From an uncultured cyanobacterium (GTDB taxonomy: Bacteria; Cyanobacteriota; Cyanobacteriia; Cyanobacteriales; Cyanobacteriaceae), in NCBI GenBank assembly GCA_963710605.1, contig CAVQBA010000004.1, positions 224,001 to 288,000 of the forward strand: a DNA stretch of 64,000 bases, given 5' to 3'. This document shows positions 48,032 to 58,278 of this stretch, one piece after another (positions within the stretch are counted from its first letter, which is position 1; the number at the start of each line of letters is the position of its first letter). The notes beneath the pieces are model-generated. The model ran no database searches and was not told the origin of the DNA. It saw only the letters and a program-made list of their open reading frames with translations. The position numbers and the translations under genes were made by a program.

Positions 48032-48589
48032 TCAATTATTTAATTCATTTTCATTTTCTTTAGGCATTGCTCCAAAAATGGCATCAGCATCGATAGTCAA
48101 GATAATATCACCGTCATCTATAATCAAATATCCTTGTAAAAAAGGAGCTAATTGTTCAGTAACCGCCGAAGCTGGAGGAGAATAAATTTGATTGAGATTA
48201 CACGTTTGGATTTCATCAATATTACTAACAACTAAACCAACTAAATCTCCTGAAGTCCGATTTTTTTGATCTTGACTACTAGGATGAATAACCACAGCAT
48301 TATGTTTTGAGCCGACAAAAGACTGCTCATACCAAGGAGAAAAACCTAATAATTGCCCCAAATCGATCATCCAGACAATTTGCCCTCTCCAATTATAAAC
48401 ACCCATTACCCAAGCTGGCATTTGCGGAATAGGAACAATTTGCCCTAAGGGAATTTTCAAAACCGCCGCAATTTCAGATAAACTAATCATCAAATTAGTA
48501 TCAGGCAAGAGATTAAAACGTAAAAATTGATTTAGTTGCGAGTCTTGATTTGAAGAGTCAGAAAGAGAAAAAAATTGTTGTTCACTCAT
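48032..48589 (-). CDS. cheW: CheW-like coupling protein (PixI-like)
   Basis: IVPIPQMPAWVMGVYNWRGQIVWMIDL. Confidence 0.9.
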   Translation of the reverse strand: MSEQQFFSLSDSSNQDSQLNQFLRFNLLPDTNLMISLSEIAAVLKIPLGQIVPIPQMPAWVMGVYNWRGQIVWMIDLGQLLGFSPWYEQSFVGSKHNAVVIHPSSQDQKNRTSGDLVGLVVSNIDEIQTCNLNQIYSPPASAVTEQLAPFLQGYLIIDDGDIILTIDADAIFGAMPKENENELNN

Positions 48590-48654
48590 ATTTTTTGGGC
48601 TTGTTGTTGGTTAACAGTGGTTAACTTGTAAATTAAGCACAAGGATAAAAATAT

Positions 48655-49017
48655 TTAGGCAATTAGCTTTTTAACTGCTAAATGTAATTCATCTTTATCA
48701 ACTGGTTTGGGTATATAAGCGTCAGCACCTTGTTTCATTCCCCAAAACTTATCCATTTCACTTCCTTTGGTTGAACAAATAATGATCGGAATTTTTTTGG
48801 TGGTATCATCAGCTTTTATTTGCCGACAAATTTCAAAACCACTTTTACCAGGTAAGACAACATCTAAAATAGCTAAATCTGGGGTATTTGTTTTGAGTTT
48901 TTCTAGTGCTTCTTCTCCTGTTTCGGCTGTGGTGACTGTAATCCCTAATTCTTGCATATAACCTACTAAGATATTTCTTTCAGTGGAAGAATCATCGACA
49001 ATTAATACGTTTGCCAT
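48655..49017 (-). CDS. pixH: CheY-like single-domain response regulator (PixH-like)
   Basis: VDDSSTER, LDVVLPGKSGFEICR and CSTKGSEMDKFWGMKQGADAYIPKP. Confidence 0.8.
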   Translation of the reverse strand: MANVLIVDDSSTERNILVGYMQELGITVTTAETGEEALEKLKTNTPDLAILDVVLPGKSGFEICRQIKADDTTKKIPIIICSTKGSEMDKFWGMKQGADAYIPKPVDKDELHLAVKKLIA

Positions 49018-49134
49018 TACTTTACCTCTAAATATTTATTTTTAATTTTTTATTTAAACAAAAAAAAATTTTCAAATTTGCTCAACAAATGCTATATTAT
49101 TCATTGTCAATTGTCAATCGTTAATTGTCAATTA

Positions 49135-50340
49135 TTACGATACTGTTAATTTGAGATGTTTACGAATTGTTTCGAGTACAACATTTGCATCAACAGGTTT
49201 ACTAATAAAATCAGATGAACCGACCATTTTAGCTCTGACTCGATCAACTATACCATCATTACCTGTTAGAATCACGATCGGTGTATTTTTAAAAAAAGTT
49301 AGTTTTCTTAATTGACTACAAATTTCGTAACCGTTAGTATTAGGCATAATTAAATCTAAAAAAATCAAGTCAGGTTTTTTAGCTAACAACATGGCAATTG
49401 CTCTTAAAGCATCATTAACACCAACGAAATTATAACCAGCAGAGGTAATAATTTTTTCCATCGTTTGGTAGATTAATGGGCTATCATCAACACAAGCGAT
49501 CGTAATCTTATGATTACTGACCATGCTACTATTTAAATTATTCTTTTCAGGTAATGATGGTGGTTCTAAATCAGAAATATTAATTAATCTGACCAAACCT
49601 CTTTGTACATAAGGTAAAAGAGAGCGAGTCACAATTACTACATCTTTTTTCATTCTGACGGCTAAATCTCTAAGAGTTTGTTTGCCATCAAGTAATTGCG
49701 TTAAGGTGTAATATAGTTTAGGATTAGTTTGTTGTTGTAATTCTTGCGGTTGCGTGATGATAGGAGCCATATTCGGAGAGCGATCGGCTATTTTAGCACC
49801 TTGCCACGAATGCCATAAAGCTTGTCCTTGAGCAATAACTTGCTCGGCATCAATTAATGCTAAACGAGTAGAAAAAGGTAAATTTTTATTCTGTTTTAAT
49901 TGGCAAGTTATTTGCATCACTTGAGTCACATCAAACAAAACTTCAACCATCGTGTGACGAATCATATTCGTGGCTTGTTCGAGGGTTATTTTTTGTTGTT
50001 CAACCCAAAGACATAATAATTCGTATTCCCAACAGTTACGATCGTCTTCTAATTCTAAACTATTGATATCAGCTTGTATCGTACTCATCTGTGATGGTAG
50101 ATGAGATAAATGAGCAATTAAATTACGTCGCCATCTTCGATTAGGATGATTTCCCCCTGTTGCATAGACTAATCTACCTAAATAAAGATAAAATACCCAT
50201 TGAGTTTTTTGAGGACTTGTCAGTAGTAATTGACCACTAAATCGAGGTTGTTTGAGATTTTCAAAAAAACCTGTTTGTTTTAAACCTGTAAATTCTTTAA
50301 ATGGTATAGGACTACTATAGTTACTGTCTTTAGAGGTCAT
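49135..50340 (-). CDS. pixG: PatA-family response regulator (PATAN + REC), PixG-like
   Basis: KQPRFSGQL...YLYLGRLVYATGGNHPNRRWRR PATAN domain and a C-terminal REC domain (CVDDSP, LDLIMP, SKP). Confidence 0.8.
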   Translation of the reverse strand: MTSKDSNYSSPIPFKEFTGLKQTGFFENLKQPRFSGQLLLTSPQKTQWVFYLYLGRLVYATGGNHPNRRWRRNLIAHLSHLPSQMSTIQADINSLELEDDRNCWEYELLCLWVEQQKITLEQATNMIRHTMVEVLFDVTQVMQITCQLKQNKNLPFSTRLALIDAEQVIAQGQALWHSWQGAKIADRSPNMAPIITQPQELQQQTNPKLYYTLTQLLDGKQTLRDLAVRMKKDVVIVTRSLLPYVQRGLVRLINISDLEPPSLPEKNNLNSSMVSNHKITIACVDDSPLIYQTMEKIITSAGYNFVGVNDALRAIAMLLAKKPDLIFLDLIMPNTNGYEICSQLRKLTFFKNTPIVILTGNDGIVDRVRAKMVGSSDFISKPVDANVVLETIRKHLKLTVS

Positions 50341-50422
50341 TGGTTTGGATTATATAGATACATACTGACAAAATTAATCTCCCATTTTAGGTTATCACAA
50401 TTATCACAAAACAGTTACAGTA

Positions 50423-51703
50423 CTATTGACTAGGTGTAGAAATAGCACTTAGGCGAACTTTTTGACCATCTTTTAATTTACTCGTACTTCTAACCACTAT
50501 TTGTTCTTCGGGAGCAACTCCTGATAATATTTCAACTTGACTGTTATTTTTTTTACCCAGATTAACTAGTCTTGCTTCTACTGTATTATCCTGATTTTGG
50601 TTAGTTAAGACAAATACGATATTGTTTTGTTTATTTTCCTCAATATCCAATGCTGATTGGGGTATGACAATTGGTGCTTTTGTCTCATCTATAAATGTCA
50701 CCCTAGCTAGTAAACCACTTTTAATTTCGGCGTTAGCATTACTAACTAATATTTCAATCGGTATTTGACGTGCTTGTACTTCAGCTACAGGAGAAATTTT
50801 TTGAACAATACCAATTAGTTTTTTATCTTCAAAAGCATCTAAGGTTACTGTAACTTGTTTATTTAAGCTAACTTGATTTAAATCTAACTCCGAAATTGTT
50901 AGTTTGACTTTTATTTGACTTAAATCACCAATTTTGATCACTTCTTCTCCTACTCTGAGTAAACTACCTACCTCGGTGAGTTTTTCGAGTACATAACCGT
51001 CACTAGGTGCAATTATGGTATTGAATGTTAATCTTTTTTGCTCGGCTTGAATGAGTGCTTGTTGACTTTTTATTTGATTGGCAATAGTCGTAATTCTTGC
51101 TTGTCTAACTTTTACTTGTGCTTGAGCAGAAATGACTAATTGTTGGTTTGTTTGTGCTTGAGTACGAGCTAATTCTACATCTCTTAAAGCAATCGCACCT
51201 TCTCTATTTAATTCTTTTAAACGCTCATAATCTATCTGACTTTGCTCTAACTCTATTTGTGCTGATTTGATATTAGCAATCGCTGAATTTACTTCGGCTT
51301 TGGCTTCTACTAACAATGATTGTAATTCACTTAACCGAGCTTGAGCTTGTGTTAGTGCTACTTGAGCTAGACTGTCATCTAGTTTAGCAATTACTTGTCC
51401 TTGCCTAACCATGTCACCTACATCTACAGTTAAACCTAATAACTGCCCTTGTGTTTGCGATCGAATGATGACTTCTTTTATTGGTTCTGTTGTACCAATA
51501 TAAGTTCGTGGTTGAGTTAATCTTTGTCGAGACACAGTGACAATATCTACCGCAGGCAAACGAGAGCTATTATTAACTAATGGTACATCTTCGGTGGCTG
51601 GTTTTGTCTCAAATAAAGATAAACATCCAGTGAGGGGAAGCAAAAATAACAAACTAATCGATAATTGATAATCAAAAAATTTCCATTTTTTATTTTTACT
51701 CAT
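50423..51703 (-). CDS. RND efflux periplasmic adaptor (MFP) lipoprotein
   Basis: Lipobox LTGC, VDVGDMVRQGQ, coiled-coil hairpin, IAPSDG and VEILSG. Confidence 0.92.
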   Translation of the reverse strand: MSKNKKWKFFDYQLSISLLFLLPLTGCLSLFETKPATEDVPLVNNSSRLPAVDIVTVSRQRLTQPRTYIGTTEPIKEVIIRSQTQGQLLGLTVDVGDMVRQGQVIAKLDDSLAQVALTQAQARLSELQSLLVEAKAEVNSAIANIKSAQIELEQSQIDYERLKELNREGAIALRDVELARTQAQTNQQLVISAQAQVKVRQARITTIANQIKSQQALIQAEQKRLTFNTIIAPSDGYVLEKLTEVGSLLRVGEEVIKIGDLSQIKVKLTISELDLNQVSLNKQVTVTLDAFEDKKLIGIVQKISPVAEVQARQIPIEILVSNANAEIKSGLLARVTFIDETKAPIVIPQSALDIEENKQNNIVFVLTNQNQDNTVEARLVNLGKKNNSQVEILSGVAPEEQIVVRSTSKLKDGQKVRLSAISTPSQ

Positions 51704-51926
51704 TACTCATTACTTGTTACTCATTATTAATTATTTTACTCAATTAATAATTGACTTGTCGCTATATCAGTCAATAACTCAATTTTATTTTGGTAATCGT
51801 AGTTAGTCCTTAATTTGTATAATATCTGTCTAGAATCAGTCCATTAAAAATAGAGAATTAATGAACAATTATCAATTGTCAATTGTTCACTACTATGATG
51901 GAGTAGAATATTTTAGTTTGGAATAT

Positions 51927-53504
51927 ATGAGTATAGAATCATCTGTTGCCGAAATTTCAATCGAAGATAGTTTAGAACAGTTTTTAATTGTTTTATCGAT
52001 ATCTTTAGCAGTTGCTACCACTTCGCGTGTGTTTAGTTGGTTAAGACAAATTCCTTATACCTTACTGTTAGTTATCGTCGGTTTATGTCTGGCTTTCGTC
52101 AATATTAGATTAGTTAGCTTATCTCCTGAGTTAATTTTAGAAATCTTTTTACCGCCATTGTTATTTGAAGCGGCTTGGAATATCCGTTGGAAATCGTTAA
52201 AAGAAAGTTTCACTCCTGTAATTCTGTTAGCGATTTTGGGAGTTGTAATCAGTGTTAGCGGTGTCTCCTTTGGTTTGAGCTATTTCACCGATCTTTCCTT
52301 GCCTACGGCATTACTTATTGGTGCTAGTTTATCAGCAACCGATCCTGTTTCTGTGGTAGCTTTATTTAGAGAGTTAGGTGCAAGCAAAAAACTTACTACC
52401 GTTATGGAAGGAGAAAGTCTTTTTAATGACGGGGTAGCTGTAGTTGCCTTTATCATACTTGTCGGTATTCCTTTAGGTACACAACAATTTACTGTTACTA
52501 ACACAATTGTTCAATTTGGTACTTTTGTTGGTGTTGGTGTTGGCGCAGGATTATTGATTGGTTTTGGTATCTCTTATCTAACGCAACGTTTTGATATACC
52601 TTTAGTTGAGCAATCTTTAACTTTGGTTTCTGCTTATGGTACATATCTTCTGACTGAAAAGTTAGGTGGTTCTGGTGTAATTGGTGTTGTTACAGTAGGT
52701 ATCATTCTCGGTAATTTTGGCTCACGTATCGGGATGAATCCTCGTACTCGTTTGGTGGTATCTGAGTTTTGGGATTTCCTCGCTTTTTTCGTTAATTCGA
52801 TCGTTTTCTTACTGATTGGTGATCAAATTGAGATTAGAAATTTGGCGGTTAATTTTGATTTAATCATCGTAGCGATTATTTCTGTGGTGGTTAGCCGTTT
52901 TGTCTCTATCTTTGTTTTATGTTATATAAGTAATTTGATTACTGTAAATGACCTCAATTGGCGAGAACAAACGATCCTTTGGTGGGGAGGTTTGAGGGGT
53001 TCGGTTTCGATCGCTTTAGCCCTTAGTGTACCTGTTGTTTTATCGGGCAGACAAGAAGTAATCGAAACTGTTTTTGGTGTAGTTTTATTTACTTTATTAG
53101 TACAAGGTTTAACTACCAAATTTTTCTTGAACAAACTTGGTTTAATTGGTGATCAAGCTATCAAACAAGAGTATTCTGAATTATTAGCTAGAAGAATAGC
53201 CCTTAATAAAGTGTTAGATGCACTTAAAGAGGTTGAATTAGAAGATAATCCTGAAATGGATTCTGAGTTTTTAGCTTATGAGGAGAAGCTAATTACAGGG
53301 CAATTAGATACTATTAAAGAAAAAATAGTGAAAATTCAACAAAATAATCCCGAATTTAAAACTTTATCAATGGAAAAACTCAGAGAAGTTCTTTTAGATG
53401 TAGAAGCAAATGCCTATGCAGAATTAATTTCTCAAGGTGTTTTAGGTGATAATCTTTCTCCTATTTTACAAGAGATTATTGCTAATGAAAAAATAGCTGG
53501 TTAA
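51927..53504 (+). CDS. nhaS1: Na+/H+ antiporter, CPA1/NhaP type (NhaS1-like)
   Basis: FLPPLLFEAA, SATDPVSV, EGESLFND and WGGLRGS. ATG 51927 is preferred over 51861. Confidence 0.88.
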   Translation: MSIESSVAEISIEDSLEQFLIVLSISLAVATTSRVFSWLRQIPYTLLLVIVGLCLAFVNIRLVSLSPELILEIFLPPLLFEAAWNIRWKSLKESFTPVILLAILGVVISVSGVSFGLSYFTDLSLPTALLIGASLSATDPVSVVALFRELGASKKLTTVMEGESLFNDGVAVVAFIILVGIPLGTQQFTVTNTIVQFGTFVGVGVGAGLLIGFGISYLTQRFDIPLVEQSLTLVSAYGTYLLTEKLGGSGVIGVVTVGIILGNFGSRIGMNPRTRLVVSEFWDFLAFFVNSIVFLLIGDQIEIRNLAVNFDLIIVAIISVVVSRFVSIFVLCYISNLITVNDLNWREQTILWWGGLRGSVSIALALSVPVVLSGRQEVIETVFGVVLFTLLVQGLTTKFFLNKLGLIGDQAIKQEYSELLARRIALNKVLDALKEVELEDNPEMDSEFLAYEEKLITGQLDTIKEKIVKIQQNNPEFKTLSMEKLREVLLDVEANAYAELISQGVLGDNLSPILQEIIANEKIAG

Positions 53505-53651
53505 TACTTGTAATAGTTAATAATTAACAATCGAGCATTTATTGATTAGTTAATACTTTTGTTACCTCTTTTAATTCCTTTCACTAAAAGAAAGTGTTAA
53601 GAGAGGTGATCAATATAAACATAGTCGTCTTGTTAGAATTAAAATAAAAAA

Positions 53652-53900
53652 ATGACAACTAAAGATAAATCCAGAACTTTAATAGACTATTTAAACTTAA
53701 ATTATCCGATTACTTTTTATCCAGAAACAGAAGGAGGATATACAGTAATTATCTCAGATTTACCAGGTTGTATATCCGAAGGAGAGAGCTTAGAAGAAGC
53801 AATGGAAAATATATTAGATGCTAAAAAAGCATGGTTGGAAATTGCGTGGAAATATCAAGACGAAATACCTTTACCTAATACATTCAAAAACTCTAAATAA
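53652..53900 (+). CDS. hicB: HicB-family antitoxin (short, no adjacent hicA)
   Basis: YPITFYPETEGGYTVIISDLPGCISEGESLEEAMENI...IPLP. Confidence 0.88.
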   Translation: MTTKDKSRTLIDYLNLNYPITFYPETEGGYTVIISDLPGCISEGESLEEAMENILDAKKAWLEIAWKYQDEIPLPNTFKNSK

Positions 53901-53988
53901 TTATAACAAGATGTTTAATTAATGGGAAAGAGTGAACGTCTTCAAAAACTAACAATTCAAACTAGTTTGTTATCACTTTTATTTATGC

Positions 53989-55068
53989 TTAATTATTAAC
54001 AGTCGATGGTTGAAATTGCTTTTGAATAAAAGGAGAAGTCATAGCGGTAAGAAGCCCACCATAATCGAGATTAAAATTTACTTCACTTCCGACTTTGAGT
54101 CGATCGTTATTACTATCTAAGATAAGATGATCACTACTCGCCCCTAATATTTGCCAATTTTTAATTGGTGTTAAACCAGAGACTAAAACGTCTTGTCTCC
54201 CTAATCCTAGAATAATTCGCCGACGAATACCCCTATCTTCAAACACAGGAATATTACCAAAAGCATCTTGACAAATTTCGCCGTAGGGTAAAGATGGTTT
54301 GTCTTTAGATTCAATTACTTCTGCTACTAATTGAAACGCATGGGTATGTAAACCTGAAATAGATTTTCTATCGAGAGTTTCACGCCCTAAAAGAATTGAT
54401 TCACCTAAACGTAAATTGTTAATCCGATCGATTTTTGTTGTCGATTGAGACCATTCATAATTTGCTGAATTACCGCCAGAAATTATTTCTAGCTTAATCT
54501 TGAATTCTTTTTCGATCGTTCTGGTTAACTTCGATAATTGTTCCATATTGCCACTATCTGGCTTAATACCACCATAACAAGCCAAATTACAACCTATACC
54601 AATAATTTCAATTTGAGGAAAGTCAAGAGCTTGTTTGATAAATTGAGCAAAATTTTCGGGGAGAATTCCTTCACGTAAATCTCCTAATTCTGCCATGATA
54701 ATTATTTGATGAATCTTATTTTGTAAATTAGCATAATAAGAAAGCCTTTTAACCGTCTCGATTTCGGTATTTAAACTGATATCGGCATTAGCAACAATCG
54801 ATTCTGCTTGAGTTGAAGCCGTACGAAGTAAAACAAAACGAGTTTTAATCCCCGCTGTTTTCATTCTTTGGATGTTTTCAATCCGAGAATCAGCAATGAA
54901 CTTTACTCCCCCTAAAATCATCGCCTCCGCAACTAAAGGATTTCCTAAGACTGCTTTAGAAACACCCATAACAGAAATTCCTTTTTCTTGATAAAGTTCG
55001 CACAATATCCGAGCATTATCTTGTATCTGAGAGAGGGTAATTTCTATTCTGGGTAACAAAACTTTCAT
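53989..55068 (-). CDS. Alanine/ornithine racemase-family PLP enzyme (fold III, Orr-like)
   Basis: GVSK (PLP lysine), ADSRIEN, ELGDLREG, NLACYGG, SGGNS, LRLGES and GASSDH. Confidence 0.9.
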   Translation of the reverse strand: MKVLLPRIEITLSQIQDNARILCELYQEKGISVMGVSKAVLGNPLVAEAMILGGVKFIADSRIENIQRMKTAGIKTRFVLLRTASTQAESIVANADISLNTEIETVKRLSYYANLQNKIHQIIIMAELGDLREGILPENFAQFIKQALDFPQIEIIGIGCNLACYGGIKPDSGNMEQLSKLTRTIEKEFKIKLEIISGGNSANYEWSQSTTKIDRINNLRLGESILLGRETLDRKSISGLHTHAFQLVAEVIESKDKPSLPYGEICQDAFGNIPVFEDRGIRRRIILGLGRQDVLVSGLTPIKNWQILGASSDHLILDSNNDRLKVGSEVNFNLDYGGLLTAMTSPFIQKQFQPSTVNN

Positions 55069-56187
55069 CTATACTGCCAAAATAGGAATTTTGACCAGAC
55101 TTTTAGCTTTGATTTTTTGATTAAGTTGAGGAAAATTGTGACATAACATTTTGATGAGTTTGTCACATCCGTAGTTTAAGACATCGGTGGTTGGTAATTG
55201 AAAACGTTGTTCATAATCTTCAATAATTTCTGAGACTTCTTTATTAGTTAGATTTTCGTGGTTTAAAGCGATGGCTACAACTTTAGTTGCTGAAATAGCT
55301 TCAATTAATTTAATTTCACTTTCAATAGTAGGCATCGCTAAAAGAGGAAAATCACAACGGAAGAGTCTTGAAGGAGGATGTTGCAAAATAACACCATCAG
55401 GAAGACTTGCTTTTAAAATACCAATCGAACTCATAAAGGCAGGATGCCCTACAGCACTTTGCCCTTCAACTAAAATTAAATCGGGTTTTTCTTGTTCAAA
55501 AGCTTGAACAATAGCGTTTTCTATTTCACCGATGACAAATTGAGAAACCAAAGCATCAATCGAGACACCATACTTTGCCCCTTGCATTAAACTAGTTTGC
55601 CCTGTAGCTACCAATATAGATTTGACACCTAAACTATTGAGAGTTTGATTCAATTCCACGGCAGTAGTCATTTTGCCACAAGCACAATCAGTACCTAAAA
55701 CGGCAATAACAGGTATATTTACTTCTGAGATTTGACCGGTAAAAACATGAAGGTTTTTTAGTAATGGTGGTTTTCTAATATCTTTGATTGTGATACCACA
55801 CTCTATTGCCATTTTAATAAATTCTCAATCGTCGGAGAAAAATTCATGAAGCCCGTTGACAATATTCATTCCCTCGCTCATGGCTTCTAACACTAATAGT
55901 CTTTCTTCATCAGAAATACGAGCGTCTAACGGTGCTTTTCCATAGATATAACAATCAGGAATCTGAGCAATAGCTATTAAAGCAGTTTGCAAATCTTTGA
56001 AAATTGGAATATTATTTTTATCATCTCCTAACTCTTCTCCTGCATCTTTACCTGCTAAAGAACTATCAATCACACCGAGAATTGTATAAATTTCTGAATG
56101 TCTAATTAAACCTGCGGCGGTTTTTCCATCCATTAAACCAAATTGATTTTCACAATAAATTAAAGCTGTTTTTTTTTTACTAATCAT
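55069..56187 (-). pseudogene. DUF1611 (DgcN-like) P-loop protein with one in-frame TGA at 55825-55827
   Basis: GKTAAGLIR, NGLHEFFSDD*EFIKMA, GTDCACGKMTT, ATGQT and VEGQS. Both halves are in the same frame (372 aa if repaired), and the stop abuts the racemase ATG. Confidence 0.88.
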
Positions 56188-56613
56188 GATTTTAAATAAA
56201 TCTCCTGATAAAAATTGTGAATATATTGTAGAAGCAAGATAAATATCGTTATCGACATATTTTTCTTCTTCATTCTTTTTTTTCTTCCTTATTCTTTGTG
56301 ACTAAAAACTAGTAATCTATTTAATTCCATCTATGTTCTATCGTTTTCTAGTAGGTTTGATAATACAGAAAAATACGATCAAACATTACCGATATTTTTC
56401 GTAGTATTATTATTAACTACATAAAAAGGCAGAGCGAAATTGAAAGATAAAATTTTTATCAATCAATTAATGAAAGTGATAATTAATAATGAATTAATCT
56501 AACAATAAATAATGTATGCAAGCTCGTTTGAAGATTTATTTTTAAGAGTTCGATTATTGAATGTAATCATTTTTCTTAAATTACTGCTCTTTTTTTGATT
56601 ACCTGTATTACTT

Positions 56614-57457
56614 TTAAATATTGCCTGAATTAGAATTAAAAAGGAAAGGAGGACTTAGTGGCTGTTTTCCGTCCATAATCAGTACTTTTGGCATTTGAGA
56701 GCCACCTTTTCTCCAAGCTTGAATGGCTTCTTTTCGTAAAACGAGTTGCCCACCTTCAGCTTTTAGAGTTTCTGCTAATAATCTTTGAGCTTCAGCTTTA
56801 CCTTGCGCTCGGTTAATATCAGCTTGTGCTTCTTGTTCTGCTTCTTGAGCTCTATAAACGGCTTTTTTTGCTCTTTGTTCAGCAATCTGTTTGTCTTCCA
56901 CGGATTTAGCAAATTCAGGGGAAAAATCTAAATCGACTACACTAGTGTCTAAAACTAAAATACCGTATTTTTCTAGCCATCTGACTCAAAGCATCATCAA
57001 AATCTTGTTTGAGTTGATTTCTTTGAGTAATCGCTTCTTCTACTGTTCTTTTCGCCGCCGCAATCTTAAAAGATTCTTGTGTTTGAGGAGCAATAATTTT
57101 ACTAACAATATTGGCTAATGTTCCTTGTTTTCGGCGAATTTCGACGACTGCTAAGGGATCAAGGCGGAAATTAATCGCAAAACTAGCGGATAAGTTTTGT
57201 AAATCTTTAGTTGAACTTTGTGCTGGTACTTCAAACTTTTGGACGGTTAAATCGTAAACGTCGATAGCAGAAACTAAAGGCGGTTTAAAATGAATTCCTT
57301 CTAATAAAACTCCATCTCTTGCTTTACCTAAAATGGTTATTACTCCTGCTTGACCGGGATTTAAGATAGCAAAGCTATTCAATCCAATTATTAATATTAA
57401 TCCGATTAAGACGATCGGTGCTATCAGTTTATTGCTTAAAGAAAATTGTTTGTCCAT
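56614..57457 (-). pseudogene. Prohibitin/SPFH (band 7) protein with a 1-bp insertion near 56979
   Basis: Span is 844 nt (3n+1). Removing one base restores ALSQRLEKYGILVLDTSVVDLDFSPEFAKSVEDKQIAEQ (280 aa). Confidence 0.88.
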
Positions 57458-57944
57458 ATTTTTACTTTCCCAAATATTAATCGATAATAAGGAAAGCTTT
57501 ATAAATGTTTATGTGTTAAAAATTACAGTCGGAATCAAAATAGTAAAAATCAAAAGCGAAGTTTTTACTGTGACGAAGATTAAGCTTTTTACTATATCTA
57601 ATATTATGGTTACGATCGCATTCAATCACATGGTAACATCTTTTTGATGATTTTCTGGTGAACAGGAAATAAAAAGACAAATCTATCTTTTGTTGTTTAA
57701 AAAATAGGCTCAGTATTAAGATTAATAAATTTATTTTATATTTCTAGCCTACATAGTATATTTTTAAACTTAAATCTTACTATCTTTAATAATCTCGATC
57801 GTTTTCGGTTACAGATGAGATTAATCGATTATTAACTAACTATTAATTACTCTCAAAAACTCAGTATCTTTAAGTACAATAATTTAATAATTAGCCAAAA
57901 ATAAGTAGAGTTTATCTATTTGTATTTTTGGAGGCTAAATAACC

Positions 57945-58097
57945 TTAAATAATTCCGAATAATAACAAAACTAGTAATACCAAAACAACTGTACCCAAAA
58001 GCCCTGTAGGTAGATATCCCCAGCTTCTACTATAAGGATAGACAGGTACGGAACTGATTAATAAAACGACTAAGACAATAAGTATAATTGTGTACAT
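57945..58097 (-). CDS. DUF3309 family small membrane protein (50 aa, absent from the ORF track)
   Basis: MYTIILIVLVVLLISSVPVYPYSRSWGYLPTGLLGTVVLVLLVLLLFGII contains the PxYPYSRSWGYxP motif between two TM helices. Confidence 0.85.
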   Translation of the reverse strand: MYTIILIVLVVLLISSVPVYPYSRSWGYLPTGLLGTVVLVLLVLLLFGII

Positions 58098-58278
58098 ATA
58101 AATTTTGTTATTATTTAATTTTATTTCAATATTTTAGAGTTAGTTTTTACATTTGATATCATCCTTAAGATAGAGATATATAGTATTTAATTTGAAAAAT
58201 AAACTGTAAACTTATATTAAGTAAAACTTGATAATTTTTACTAAAACTTAATAATTAATCAGGATGAATTATCCGTTA

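Noticed and set aside
56891-57647. + strand ORFs of 75 and 71 aa
   Set aside because: Antisense to prohibitin or AT-rich upstream DNA, with no motifs.
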